The notes: generated from the letters alone by a model not told the origin. Shown: positions 39,617 through 50,103, counted from the stretch's first letter. The stretch: 64,000 bases of DNA from Chthonomonadaceae bacterium (GCA_035650735.1 DASRGZ010000056.1:1-64000), one strand, 5' to 3'. A program made the numbers and translations.

Positions 39617-42292
39617 TCAGGGCAACATCACCCAGATCATCCTCTGGAAATCCCCCCGGTTATCGGGAGCGGTGTTCCAACTGCCCGAGAAGGAGAGAGG
39701 GATGGGCGCCCGAACGGGCGCTGCCGAAGCCGGGAAAGTCAGGGTGATCGTCTGGGATTCGCCAACCAGCAGCATTCCCAACGCTTGCGGCAGGCTGGGG
39801 CTGGTGGGCTGCGCCGCTCCCAAGTGGACGGTATTTAAGCTGAGCCCTTCGGCGCGGCGGTTGCCCGAGTTGGTGAACGTGAGATCGAGGGCATAGCCGC
39901 CATTGTTCAGTCGCCGAATATTGCCGGCAGAGACATCTATGGCCGCGCGGTTGAGCCCCAGGCGGCCATACACCGTCAGGCTATTGCCTGTGCCGACAAA
40001 GACCTTGCCATTGGCTATCGTCGGCACCGAGAACTTGACCGCAGAGCCAGAAGGCACATCGCGTCCCCCGAAAGCCTGGTAGGAATTATAGAGCTCACGT
40101 CCGAGATTGGCGGCGTCGTAAGCGTGGAGGATGGACGGCCCGCCATACCAGTAGGCGTCGGTTTGCAGGGCCCAGACGATGCCGTTGTTCTCGCCGTTGG
40201 CGGAGATGCTGGGAGTGGTGCTGGGATAGTAATCAAAGCTCAGGGGCGCCTCGGACACCTGCGCGAACCGGGTTGTGGTCAGGGAGGGCGCGTTATAGCG
40301 CCAGGTCAGAATGTCCTGCGTGGCGGTGCGCGTGCCGGTGCTGGCGGTGAAGCCGGCGTAGGCTATGTTCTCGCCCAGGGTGCCGGGAATATCCACGGCG
40401 TAGGACTGCGTGGCGGCAGCGCCCGTGCTGAGATCGCGGATGCGGAGCTGGAGCGTGACGCCGTCGTAGCTCATATAGACGCGGAAGGTATGGCCGCTGT
40501 GCAGATCGAGGCCGGTGCTGTCGAGGCTGTCGGCAGGAGTCGTCGGGGGCACGCCGTTGAGATAGAGGCCGATGGAGTTATTCCCTTCGCCCGCCGTATC
40601 GTTGAGGTCAAACTTGATGGCGACGCTGTTGCCCAGGCCGCCGTAGCCGAGGCTGCCGCCGCCGTCCCCGAGCGCGTGCGGATCCGCGCCCTGGAGCGTG
40701 AAGGTGAAGCCCTCGCCGCCGGGCAGGGTGCCTTCGGTCAGCCGGAAGGTGAACTGGGTCTGGAACTGGGTGACGGCCACCGGAGTATTGGCGAAGCAGC
40801 TTCCCCGCTCATTGACCCTGCCATCGGTCAGGTGCAGGCGGAAGCCATCCACGAAGGCGCTGCCGTTGAGGGTCAGATTGGGCGCCCCGCCAAAGCCTCC
40901 GAAGAAATGGCCGTCGTAGTAGAGGTTGACGGTGCGAATGGTGAGAAACTGGAAGGCTTTGAGCGTGTCACCGATGCCCCAGTAGTAGATCGTGTTGTTG
41001 AAATAGGCCGGCATCCCCCAGACGCCGCCGATCACCCCGCCCAGCTCCTGAACGATGTTATCGCTGTTGGGATGGAACTGCCCCATCCGGTCGCGGTCAA
41101 TGATATAGATTTTGCCCTCTTTGCCCGCCTGCACCAGCAGGTGGGGATGCGGGCCGGGCTGGTCGGGCAGCAGCAGGACGCCGCCGGAGCCTAGATCGGC
41201 GTCGGTGCGGTTGAGGTAATCCTGGTTGAGCGGCGTGAAGTAGTCGGCGACCGCCAGGCTCCCTCCAGGCAGTGTCCGGAGCCGGACGATGCTGTCGCCG
41301 TAGTCTATGCCGCCTGTGGCCGCGTCGAAAGAGCCGTTGCCCGTCGCGAAGTACATGTTGCCCTGATCGTCGGCGGCCAGGCCGGCGCCTCCCTGCCAGA
41401 TGCCGCCCGCGCCGATGGGGTAGCCGCTTGGGTCGGTCAGGCCGTTGGGGGTAGCGTTGAAGATGGCGACCTGCTGGAGGGTGCGGGCGTCGTAGCCCAG
41501 GATCCAGCCGTGGTAGGGGGTAATGTCGCCGTGCGAGCCCCAGGCGATATAGACGACGCCATTGAGGAGCAGCAGCGCCGCCCGCTGATTTTCCAGCTTT
41601 GAATAAAAGGGAACGTTGCCCTGGCCGTCGTTGCCGTCGCCGATGCCGGGCACAGAGGCCGTGATGAGCACCGGGCTGCCGGGCTTCTCCTGACCGGTAT
41701 GGATGTCGAGCGCGTGCAGGCGCTGGGGATAGAGAGTGGAGCCGAGCGGGCCGGGCTCGCGGGTTTTCACCACGACATAAAGCGTGCCGCTGTTTGCGTC
41801 AATGACGGGCGTGCCGGTGATGCCTATCTCGGGCACGATGTCCCAGGAGCCGATCTCGTCGTTGGGAATGCTGGTGACGCCCGCATTGGGATTCAGGAAG
41901 CTGACGTGCCAGAGTGGGTCGGCGTTGGCGCCCGTATTATCGTCGGCGTCGAAGGCGTAGACGCTATCGTGCTCGGTGGCCAGGAAGACGACGTTGTGCC
42001 GGCCTTTGCCCGGAACGGTCACGTTAGACAGGTAGAGCGGCTGGGCATAGACGTAGCCGTCCACGGGATAGGCAAATAGTTTGCCGAAACGGGTGAAGCG
42101 GACGTTGTCGGGCGTCAGGAGGGTTTCCTTGAGGTTCTGTCCGGTGCGGGCGTTGTCGTTGTGGTAGGTAGTCACATTGACCTGGGCGCGCGCTGGCGGC
42201 GCGATCTGCACGAGCCCGGCGAGAGCGGCAAAGAGGGCAACCGCCCGAACAAGCCGAACAAGACAGCGAAAGTAGCTAATCGAGCGCTGCAT
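39617..42292 (-). CDS. Secreted PQQ-like beta-propeller protein with inserted L-type lectin domain
   Basis: Signal peptide, VTTYHNDNARTG, DADLGSGG, AVKFSVPTIANGKVFV; lectin motifs GEGFTF, VAIKFD, YAGFTASTG. Confidence 0.75.
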   Translation of the reverse strand: MQRSISYFRCLVRLVRAVALFAALAGLVQIAPPARAQVNVTTYHNDNARTGQNLKETLLTPDNVRFTRFGKLFAYPVDGYVYAQPLYLSNVTVPGKGRHNVVFLATEHDSVYAFDADDNTGANADPLWHVSFLNPNAGVTSIPNDEIGSWDIVPEIGITGTPVIDANSGTLYVVVKTREPGPLGSTLYPQRLHALDIHTGQEKPGSPVLITASVPGIGDGNDGQGNVPFYSKLENQRAALLLLNGVVYIAWGSHGDITPYHGWILGYDARTLQQVAIFNATPNGLTDPSGYPIGAGGIWQGGAGLAADDQGNMYFATGNGSFDAATGGIDYGDSIVRLRTLPGGSLAVADYFTPLNQDYLNRTDADLGSGGVLLLPDQPGPHPHLLVQAGKEGKIYIIDRDRMGQFHPNSDNIVQELGGVIGGVWGMPAYFNNTIYYWGIGDTLKAFQFLTIRTVNLYYDGHFFGGFGGAPNLTLNGSAFVDGFRLHLTDGRVNERGSCFANTPVAVTQFQTQFTFRLTEGTLPGGEGFTFTLQGADPHALGDGGGSLGYGGLGNSVAIKFDLNDTAGEGNNSIGLYLNGVPPTTPADSLDSTGLDLHSGHTFRVYMSYDGVTLQLRIRDLSTGAAATQSYAVDIPGTLGENIAYAGFTASTGTRTATQDILTWRYNAPSLTTTRFAQVSEAPLSFDYYPSTTPSISANGENNGIVWALQTDAYWYGGPSILHAYDAANLGRELYNSYQAFGGRDVPSGSAVKFSVPTIANGKVFVGTGNSLTVYGRLGLNRAAIDVSAGNIRRLNNGGYALDLTFTNSGNRRAEGLSLNTVHLGAAQPTSPSLPQALGMLLVGESQTITLTFPASAAPVRAPIPLSFSGSWNTAPDNRGDFQRMIWVMLP

Positions 42293-42602
42293 ATACGTAG
42301 TCCTCCTTCAGGGTTGGCAAGCGGGGATAGTCTTCCTTAGATGTAAACGGCTCGGGTCGGTCGAGGCGCCGCTCTGTCGGAAAGCGAGACAGCAGACGGT
42401 GGTTCTGTACGGCAGTATTATAATTCAACCCGCCTGACCGCTGTTCCCTGCTGGATTTTCGATTTCCCGCAAAATTCCTAGCCGCTGCCCTAGAATTCTC
42501 CGGTTCCTTAGGGAAGAATGACATCCCCGAAGAGGCAGGAACCGGGAGGAAGGAGGGCGAAAGGGAACACAGAGACAACAGAACTTCGAGGAGGCGCCAG
42601 GC

Positions 42603-43436
42603 ATGGTGGAGATCGCGCAGAAACAGGACGTTCTGCTGGCCGACGTAGCCCGCACCGAGACACCGCCGGGGTGCGGCGCATTCTGGTGGCTGGGCCAGCA
42701 TACATTCATCGTCAAGGCGGGCGGCCATGTATTTTATCTCGATCCCTGGTTTGCGCCCTGGGAATCGCGGCAGACGCGCACGCTTTTGCTGCCGGAGAGC
42801 CCCCATCGGGTGGATTTTGCCCTGGTCTCGCACGGCCACGAGGACCATCTCTGCCCGGAGTCGCTGCGCGGGATCGCGCAGGCGTCGCCGGAGACGCTCT
42901 TTATCTGCCCGCGCACGGAGGCGCAGCGTATGCTTACCGAGGCCGGCATCCCGGAATCGCGCCTGCGGCCTTTGAACGCGGGCGAGACGCTGGAGCACCA
43001 GGGCGTGCGGATCACGGCCATCAAGAGCAAGCACGAGACCTTCGACGAGCGTCCGCAGCTAGGCTTTCCCTATCTCGGCTACGTCGTCGAGGCGGGCGGG
43101 GTGACGTTCTATCACGCGGGCGACACGATCCTCTACGATGGGCTGCTCGGCACGCTGCAGCGCTGGCCGCACTTCGACGCGCTGTTCCTGCCCATCAACG
43201 GGCGGGATGCCGAGCGCTACCTGCGCGGCTGTCTGGGCAACTTTACCTTCCAGGAGGCGGCGGAACTGGCGGGCGAGTTGCGCCCCGGCCTGGCCGTTCC
43301 CTCCCATTACGATATGTTCATTGGCAACCAGGAAGACCCATCTAAGTTCGTGCGCTTCCTGGAGGCCAAATTTCCCGGCGTCCGCTCCTGGGTCGGCAAG
43401 GCGGGCGAGCGGGTCTGGATAGGGCGGTGCGCCTAG
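42603..43436 (+). CDS. MBL-fold metallo-hydrolase (UlaG-like)
   Basis: WWLGQ, SHGHEDH, YHAGDT, LPING, PSHYDMF. Confidence 0.9.
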   Translation: MVEIAQKQDVLLADVARTETPPGCGAFWWLGQHTFIVKAGGHVFYLDPWFAPWESRQTRTLLLPESPHRVDFALVSHGHEDHLCPESLRGIAQASPETLFICPRTEAQRMLTEAGIPESRLRPLNAGETLEHQGVRITAIKSKHETFDERPQLGFPYLGYVVEAGGVTFYHAGDTILYDGLLGTLQRWPHFDALFLPINGRDAERYLRGCLGNFTFQEAAELAGELRPGLAVPSHYDMFIGNQEDPSKFVRFLEAKFPGVRSWVGKAGERVWIGRCA

Positions 43437-44347
43437 CGGCCATCCTCAACCCGAAAGCGGGCGGGTGGGCGCGGCTCCAGGACGCGCAGGACCGGCAGGA
43501 CCCGGCGGCTGCCGTGGCGCGCTGGCTGGCGCCGGAGGCCCCGGAGAGCGTCTGGACGCGGGAGACGCGCGCTCCCGGCGATGGGGCGCGGCTGGCCTGC
43601 GAGGCGCTAGCGCAAGGGTATGAGACGCTGGTGGCCGTCGGCGGGGATGGGACGATCAACGCCATAGTGCAGGGCGTGCAGAGCGCGCAGGCTGCCGATC
43701 AGGTGCGTCTGGGCCTGCTGCCGATGGGCACCGCCAACGTGCTGGCGCGCGTGCTGGAGGTGCCTCTGGAGGACCCGCAGGCCGCCGCGCGGATTATCCG
43801 GGCCGGTCAGGAGCGGCGCATAGACCTGGGGCGGATGGGAGAGCGCTGGTTTGTGCTGGTCGCCGGCATCGGCTTCGACGGCGCGGTGACACAGGCGGTG
43901 AACCTGGGGCTCAAAGAGCGTATTGGGGAGTGGGCGTATGTGCTGGCGGCGGCGCGGGCGGCGCTCTCCTTCCCGCGCTGCCGGGTGACGCTGACGCTGG
44001 ACGGCGCCACGCCGCAGGAGTTTGACGCCTACCTGGTTCTGGTCGCCAACGGCGGGCGCTACGCGGGGCAGTTCCTCTTGAGTCCGGAGGTTTCGCCGAG
44101 CGACGGCCTGCTGGACGTGTTTGTATGCCTGCATCGCCGCCCGCTGGCGCGCGCCGTCGCCGCCGATGCGCTGGCACTGACGCGCGGCCATCTCGACCGA
44201 GCGCCGGGAGTGCGCCGCTTCCGCGCCCGGCACATCGTCCTGGAAACCGATTGCCCGTTGCCCGTCGAACTGGATGGCGATGCCGCCGGCCAGACGCCGG
44301 CCATCATCGAGGTCGTGCCGAATGTCCTGCGCGTCCTCGTCCCTTAA
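43427..44347 (+). CDS. Diacylglycerol-kinase-family lipid kinase
   Basis: NPKAG, GGDGT, PMGTAN, GIGFDG, ELDGD. Confidence 0.92.
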   Translation: MRLAAILNPKAGGWARLQDAQDRQDPAAAVARWLAPEAPESVWTRETRAPGDGARLACEALAQGYETLVAVGGDGTINAIVQGVQSAQAADQVRLGLLPMGTANVLARVLEVPLEDPQAAARIIRAGQERRIDLGRMGERWFVLVAGIGFDGAVTQAVNLGLKERIGEWAYVLAAARAALSFPRCRVTLTLDGATPQEFDAYLVLVANGGRYAGQFLLSPEVSPSDGLLDVFVCLHRRPLARAVAADALALTRGHLDRAPGVRRFRARHIVLETDCPLPVELDGDAAGQTPAIIEVVPNVLRVLVP

Positions 44348-44354
44348 AATACCT

Positions 44355-44508
44355 CAACAGGATGAACAGGATGAGACAGGATTAAACAGGGTTTCTAAAA
44401 CACAGATAACCAGCCGAGTTCTCTTCCTCTGGACTTCAAGCTGACTGGGAGGCTTCTGCCTTTTGCCTTAATCCTGATAAATCCTGAGAAATCCTGTTAA
44501 TCCTGTTG
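44355..44508. repeat. Inverted 9-mer arrays (AACAGGATK / AATCCTGTT)
   Basis: Arms 44355-44392 and 44469-44508 lie between convergent genes. Confidence 0.9.
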
Positions 44509-45456
44509 AAAACGGCTTTTCAGGGCCGCAAAGCCGGTATTGACGGCTTCGACGAGGCGGGCGTGCAGCGCCGGGTTCGAGGCGGCAAGGAGGGAGCCAA
44601 AGTTGGCTTCGCTGGTATCGAGCAGCTTCCAGTCGGAGAGGTCACGGCCCCAGGCGTCGGTGACGATGCAGCCCGCTTCCTGCGCGATGAGCGCCGCGCC
44701 GGCCACATCGTAGCCGTAGAGGCTCAAAAGCCGTCCTCCGCCATAGGTGCGGAAGCGTTTGCGGGTCTGGGGAAACTCGCGCATCAGGCGGGTGCGCACA
44801 TCCACCACGCCCGCTAACTGGCCCGTTACCAGGCGAGTCAGCTCATAGGCGCTGCTGTTGAGGATAAAGAGGCCGCCGCGCACCGTCGTCGGGTTCGCCA
44901 GATCGCGCAGCGCCGCAAAGATCAGCTCTAGGGGCGCGCCGACGACCTCCACCGTCCAGGCCATGTCGGCTATCTCGGTCGTGGGCATGAGGAAGGGCGT
45001 GACGGCGCTGCCCGCCGCGTCCGCGATCTGAAGGCCGCCGTCGCGCTCTGCCGAGAAGGTGAGATTGCCCTTGATCTCGGCGATGCCCGCATAGCGCACA
45101 TCGGCCAAGGTCGGCTCCGGCGTGTAGTCGGCCCAGGCGATCGAGACGACGCACGCCTCGAAGCCCGCCACGGCGCCGCGCGTGCCGTCTATCGGGTCAA
45201 TGATGAGGATGCCCTCCGGCTCACGGTCGGGGTATGGGCGCACCAGGCCGCGATCCTCGGAGTAATAGGCTACGTTCAGGCCGTGTTCGCGGATAAACTC
45301 TTCGACGGCAGCCTCGGCGATGTCGTCAATATCGAAGGTGGCGTCGCCGCTGGAGGCCACGCCGGTCACTTTGCGCGCCCGCCACGCGCCCAGATGCGGG
45401 AAGACGCTGGCTTTGACGTGGGCAGCGAGCGCGCGAATCGTCTCTTGTGGGTTCAA
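44497..45456 (-). CDS. Inositol monophosphatase/FBPase-family protein
   Basis: YSED, IIDPIDGT, YDVAG...EAG; TTG start after GGAG. Confidence 0.85.
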   Translation of the reverse strand: MNPQETIRALAAHVKASVFPHLGAWRARKVTGVASSGDATFDIDDIAEAAVEEFIREHGLNVAYYSEDRGLVRPYPDREPEGILIIDPIDGTRGAVAGFEACVVSIAWADYTPEPTLADVRYAGIAEIKGNLTFSAERDGGLQIADAAGSAVTPFLMPTTEIADMAWTVEVVGAPLELIFAALRDLANPTTVRGGLFILNSSAYELTRLVTGQLAGVVDVRTRLMREFPQTRKRFRTYGGGRLLSLYGYDVAGAALIAQEAGCIVTDAWGRDLSDWKLLDTSEANFGSLLAASNPALHARLVEAVNTGFAALKSRFQQD

Positions 45457-45589
45457 TGGCTTCTCCGTCCGAGGGAATGGAAACGTCCCATGATAGCAGA
45501 GCGGGCGGAAAGGCGTCAAGCGGGGAACCCCCTGCTTTCGTTTCCGGGCTTGCCAGGAAAGTGAGCATCAACGCAAAGGAGAACTGGGC

Positions 45590-46852
45590 ATGGAATCGCG
45601 TTACGATTATGTGCTGGTCGGCGGCGGGCTGGCCTGTGTCTGGGCCGCGCAGACGATCCGCGAGCATGACAAGCAGGGCAAGATCGTTATCATTGGCGGA
45701 GAGCCCCATCCTCCCTACGACCGCCCGCCGCTCTCCAAGAACTTCCTGACCAACGACGAGATGAGCGTGGACGACCCTTACAGCAAGTTCGACGATTTTT
45801 ACCCCAAGAACCAGATCGAGCTGCATACAAAGACGCAGGTAACGAAAATAGACCGCAACGCGCGCACGGTGACTCTGGCCGACGGCACGACGTTTCAATA
45901 CGAGAAGCTGCTGATCGCCACGGGCGCGCGGCCTCGGTCGCTGAACGTGCCGGGGATGAACCGGATCGGCGTGTTCCTGTTGCGCACCATTGAGGATGCG
46001 CTCCAGATACGCACGGCGCTGCGGGGAAGCCAACGGGCCGTCATCGTCGGCGCCGGGTATCTGGGCATGGAGGTGGCCGCCAGCGCCCGCGAGCGCGGCC
46101 TGGATGTCACGGTCGTCGAGCCGCAGGGCCATCCCTGGGCCAAATTTGCCAGCGAAAAGCTGGGACGGTGGATACAGAGCTACTATGAGCGGAACGGCAT
46201 CAAGTTCCTGCTCCACGATGAGGCCGTCGCGTTTGAGGGGGATGGCGAGAGCGGGCCGGTGCATATAGTCCGCACCAAGAGCGGGCAGCAGTTGCCAACC
46301 GATCTGGTGGTGGTAGGCGTGGGCGTGGAGCTCAACAACGAGCTGGCGCGCGAGGCCGGGCTGGAGATCGGCGACCGGGGCGGAATCAAGGTCAACGAGT
46401 TCTTGCAGACCGCCGACCCGCATATCTGGGCGGCGGGCGACGTGGCGCTGTTCAAGGACATCGCGCTCAACAAGGAATGGCACGCCGAGCACTTCCTGAA
46501 CGCCAAATGGCAGGGCCAGGCCGTAGGGGCGATCATGGCCGGGCAGAACCAGCCCTACAATCAGATACCCTATTTCTTCTCCGATTTCCTGGACCTGCAC
46601 ATGATCCTGCGCGGCGATCCGCAGGGCGGGAAGAACTCTATCTTCACCGGGGACACGCAGGCCGCCGAGTTCACCGAGCTTTACTACGATGATACCGGAC
46701 GGTTGCGGATGGGCGTCTCCATCAGCCATGACGAGAAGAAACTGGACGGCATCTCGGATACGCTGGAGCGCCTGATTCGCGCCGGGGTCAACGTCCAGGG
46801 CCGTGAGGGGGCGATCCAGACGCCCGACTTCGACCTCAATTCCCTGACCTAA
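45590..46852 (+). CDS. FAD/NAD(P)-dependent ferredoxin-reductase-like oxidoreductase
   Basis: VGGGLA, PYDRPPLSK, IATGA, GAGYLGME, WAAGD, PYFFSD. Confidence 0.9.
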   Translation: MESRYDYVLVGGGLACVWAAQTIREHDKQGKIVIIGGEPHPPYDRPPLSKNFLTNDEMSVDDPYSKFDDFYPKNQIELHTKTQVTKIDRNARTVTLADGTTFQYEKLLIATGARPRSLNVPGMNRIGVFLLRTIEDALQIRTALRGSQRAVIVGAGYLGMEVAASARERGLDVTVVEPQGHPWAKFASEKLGRWIQSYYERNGIKFLLHDEAVAFEGDGESGPVHIVRTKSGQQLPTDLVVVGVGVELNNELAREAGLEIGDRGGIKVNEFLQTADPHIWAAGDVALFKDIALNKEWHAEHFLNAKWQGQAVGAIMAGQNQPYNQIPYFFSDFLDLHMILRGDPQGGKNSIFTGDTQAAEFTELYYDDTGRLRMGVSISHDEKKLDGISDTLERLIRAGVNVQGREGAIQTPDFDLNSLT

Positions 46853-47083
46853 CCCCCCGGCCCCCTTCCCTACTCGCTCGTACCTCGCTAAGGAAGGGGG
46901 GACCCGGCTTCTGCTCTCCCCTCTCCCACAGCGTGGATCGCCAGGCGGAAGGCTGTCGCGAGGCGGAGCGCTGTCGCGAGGCGGAGGCGCGAACTATTGC
47001 AGCGCCGACCCTGGCAGTCCATTGTAGGCCCGACCCTGGCAGTAGGGGGACAGGGGGTGAGGGCCACAAGCCGGGGGGTTAGG
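46848..47083. repeat. Composite nested palindromic repeat
   Basis: cctaaccccccgg...ccggggggttagg ends; internal modules shared with 60533-60813; contains the TAA of the upstream gene. Confidence 0.92.
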
Positions 47084-47118
47084 TTACAAGGAGGGGGGTA
47101 GACGAGATTTGTATAACG

Positions 47119-48012
47119 ATGATGCAAGCACTGCCGCAAGAGAAGGACGTCCTGGAAAAGCTGGTTGCGTGGGGAAACGCCCAGCCATCGATCCGCGCCA
47201 TGATACTCACCAGTTCGTTGGCGCGGCCCGATGGGCCGGTGGATCTTCTCTCCGATTATGACCTCATTTTCGCCACTACCGAGGCCGAGCGTTTCGCGCG
47301 CGACGATGCCTGGGTATTCGACTACGGCGAACCGATGGTGCGCTGGGGCGATCAGGGCGAGATGTACGGCCTGACCACCTATTTCCGGGGCGTGGTCTAC
47401 CAGGACTACATCAAGATTGACTATAGCATCTGGCCCGATGCCCTGCTGGAACGGATTTCCGCCCAGGAAGCGCTGCCGGAGGAGCTGGATGCGGGATATC
47501 GAGTGCTGCTCGACAAGGACGGCAGGACGGCAACATGGAAGCCGCCCTCCTACAAAGCGTTCATCCCCGCCAGGCCGACGGAAGCCGAGTACCTGGCGGT
47601 GATCGAGGAGTTCTGGTGGAATGCCACCTACATCGCCAAGAGCTTCTGGCGGGATGAGCTTGTGTTCGCCAAATGGTGCCTGGACTGCGACACCAAGCAG
47701 ATATCCATGCTCCGGATGCTCGAATGGTGCTTCGAGATAGACCACAACTGGTCCGTCAGGCCCGGCGTCCTCGGTCGCCGCTTAAAGCGGCTGCTCTCGG
47801 CGGACATCTGGTCGGAACTGGCAAGCACCTACGTGGGGCCGGAGATCGAAGCCAATTGGGACGCGCTCTACCGCACGGCGGCGCTGTTCCGCCGCGTGGC
47901 GAAGGAGGTCGGGGACGCGCTCGGCTACACCTACCCGCAGGCATTGGACGACCGGGTGAGCGCCTACCTGAAGGCGGTTCAGGAACTGCCGCAAGGACCG
48001 GCTAAGCGTTGA
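47119..48012 (+). CDS. Aminoglycoside 6-adenylyltransferase (AadK/ANT(6))-family protein
   Basis: IRAMILTSS..., DLLSDYDL, KIDY, VLLDKD, EFWW. Confidence 0.85.
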   Translation: MMQALPQEKDVLEKLVAWGNAQPSIRAMILTSSLARPDGPVDLLSDYDLIFATTEAERFARDDAWVFDYGEPMVRWGDQGEMYGLTTYFRGVVYQDYIKIDYSIWPDALLERISAQEALPEELDAGYRVLLDKDGRTATWKPPSYKAFIPARPTEAEYLAVIEEFWWNATYIAKSFWRDELVFAKWCLDCDTKQISMLRMLEWCFEIDHNWSVRPGVLGRRLKRLLSADIWSELASTYVGPEIEANWDALYRTAALFRRVAKEVGDALGYTYPQALDDRVSAYLKAVQELPQGPAKR

Positions 48013-48084
48013 TCTGGCCAAGGACTTGTGCTGCTTCGAAGGGGCTTTTCCTGCTGCCGACGGCCTGCTCCCAACGGCCTTTAC

Positions 48085-48132
48085 GATTCAAGTGGCGACA
48101 AAGCCTACCCCTTTAGGGGCGGGAGTATGTCA
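48085..48132 (+). mobile_element. IS200/IS605-type end remnant (mini-element)
   Basis: Follows TTAC; ...caagtggcgacaaagcctacccctttaggggcgggagtatgtca resembles an IS605 subterminal hairpin and terminus. Confidence 0.5.
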
Positions 48133-48891
48133 GTCCAGCCCTAACTCTTTCCACGCCAGCGCATTCAGCGTATCCGGCTCAATGGTCACGTCCGGGAGCG
48201 TGCTCACGAAGGACTCGATCCGCTGCATCTCCGTTTCGGCAAAGCGGCTCAGGTCGGCATCCGGCGCGCCCATGCCGAGCGCGCCGCCGCGCTTCCGGTG
48301 CAATAACTCGGACAGCTTCGCTCGAAAATCGTTTGGGATTTCGATGCCGTCCAGGGTTTCCTGAAGCAAGGTTGGCGGCGGGCTGGAGCGCTGCTCCATT
48401 CAGAGGATGCACAGGAGCGGGCGCAGGACATAGAGGTACTTTTTCGCATTGACCTCCGACCTGCCCGCAATGTAGAGCTTATAATTGTTCCTCGCCATGC
48501 TGAGGTAGTGATAGGTCATGCGGCGGGGCGAAGCGTGCGCCCGCGCCAGGGCGCGCAGGCTGGCCGCCAGAGCGCCCTGCTCCCGGTAGATGATCGGGGA
48601 GAACAGCCACTCCAGCAAGGGCGGATTGGAGCTGCGGAATAGTTTGAGCGCTTTGAAAACATCCCAGCCGTTGACATCCAGGGCCTCGGTAATCGGCAGC
48701 TCGATGACATCGCGCGGAGGGTCTATGCGCAGATAGTCCTTGAGCGGGCGCATGTAGAGGAAGCGTACATCGTAGTCGCTGTCCACAGACGCAAAGCCCC
48801 ACGCGCGGCTTCCCGACTCCACCGCGTACAGTATCCGGACGCCGCGCTCTACCTCAATGGCTTCCAATGTAGCCTGTATCCGCTCGATCAT
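48130..48891 (-). pseudogene. YcgL/DNA-pol-beta-like nucleotidyltransferase interrupted by an in-frame TGA (48400-48402)
   Basis: ESGSRAWGFASVDSDYDVRF, SNPPLLEWL, KKYLYVLRPLL; the two ORFs abut in frame (CIL*MEQ). Confidence 0.8.
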
Positions 48892-49171
48892 TACTCCTCC
48901 GGCGCGCTCGCTACGCCTTCCATCTTGCCCCAGGCACGCCATGACACCTAACGCGCACTTTGCCTGATGGAAAAGGGAAATGAGGAGATCAGGGCGATGA
49001 AAAAAGCCACCCACATCTCCTCATTTCCTCCTCTAGACTATAGCCCGAACTGCATACTACGTCCTACAGATCCCCTACGGAAGCTGGCCGGTATGGCGCA
49101 ACAGGGTGGCCAGGTCAAAGGAGGTGCGCTGCTTTTTGACCTTGCCGTTCTGGATTGGGACTCTCCTCCGT

Positions 49172-49927
49172 TTACATACCAGCCTGGGTGATGCGCCCGC
49201 CGGTCACCGGCAAGTACGCGCCCGTGATGTAGCCCGCCAGGTCGCTCAGGAAGAAGGCGCAGGCGTTGCCGATCTCGTCGGCGCTGCCGTGCCGCCGCAG
49301 CGGGAGCGACTTGGCGAAGTTCTTCGATCCCTCGGAGGCCGTGTCCACCTTTTCGTCGGCCATCCAGCCGGGTGCGACCATGTTGACCGTAATATTCTCC
49401 GGCCCCAACTCACAGGCCAGCGAGCGCGACAAGCCCACCATCGCCCCCTTGCCCGCCATATAGACCGACCACTCCGCCGGGGCCATGTTCCATAGCTCCG
49501 TCACGATGTTGACGATGCGCCCGCCGCCCTGATCTTTCATCACCGGACGCACGGCGTTGATCATGTTGACCACCGCCCGGCACCCATAGTCGAACGCATC
49601 CGAGAAGTCTTCCAATGTCGCGGCGGAGAGCGTGCCGTGCTGGCGCCCTGCAATCGCATTATTTACCACGCCGTCGAGTCGCCCAAACGCCTGGACGACC
49701 GCCTGCACCATAGCCTGCACCGCCGCCGCATCGCGCACGTCTGCCGCAAACGCCTGCGCCGTACCGCCCTTCTCGCAAATTTCGGCCACGACCCGTTCTG
49801 CCTTGTCCTTACTATGCGCGTAGTTGACCGCTACCGTCGCGCCCTCGCGCGCCAGCACCCGCGCGATTGCCGCGCCGATGCCGCGTCCCGCCCCCGTTAC
49901 CAACACGACTTTACCCGTCAAAAGCAT
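49172..49927 (-). CDS. SDR oxidoreductase (FabG-like)
   Basis: TGAGRGIG, NNA, YMAGK; GGAGG RBS. Confidence 0.9.
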   Translation of the reverse strand: MLLTGKVVLVTGAGRGIGAAIARVLAREGATVAVNYAHSKDKAERVVAEICEKGGTAQAFAADVRDAAAVQAMVQAVVQAFGRLDGVVNNAIAGRQHGTLSAATLEDFSDAFDYGCRAVVNMINAVRPVMKDQGGGRIVNIVTELWNMAPAEWSVYMAGKGAMVGLSRSLACELGPENITVNMVAPGWMADEKVDTASEGSKNFAKSLPLRRHGSADEIGNACAFFLSDLAGYITGAYLPVTGGRITQAGM

Positions 49928-50103
49928 CATCCCACCTCCCGTTTGATTTTGCACTACATAGCAGTTTTTGTAGATTGTCCTTCCGTTTTCCTGCTGTAGG
50001 ATAGCCCCGGCGAGCGTGGGCGCGGTACAACTTATAAAAGCTGGTGGGAGGCGAGGAGAGCTTCATCCGGCATGGAGGTCGGAGGCGTGACCTGCACCGA
50101 GTT

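Noticed and set aside
48370..48402. Selenocysteine recoding of the in-frame TGA
   Set aside because: The position corresponds to Trp rather than Cys in the family, and no convincing SECIS hairpin was seen.
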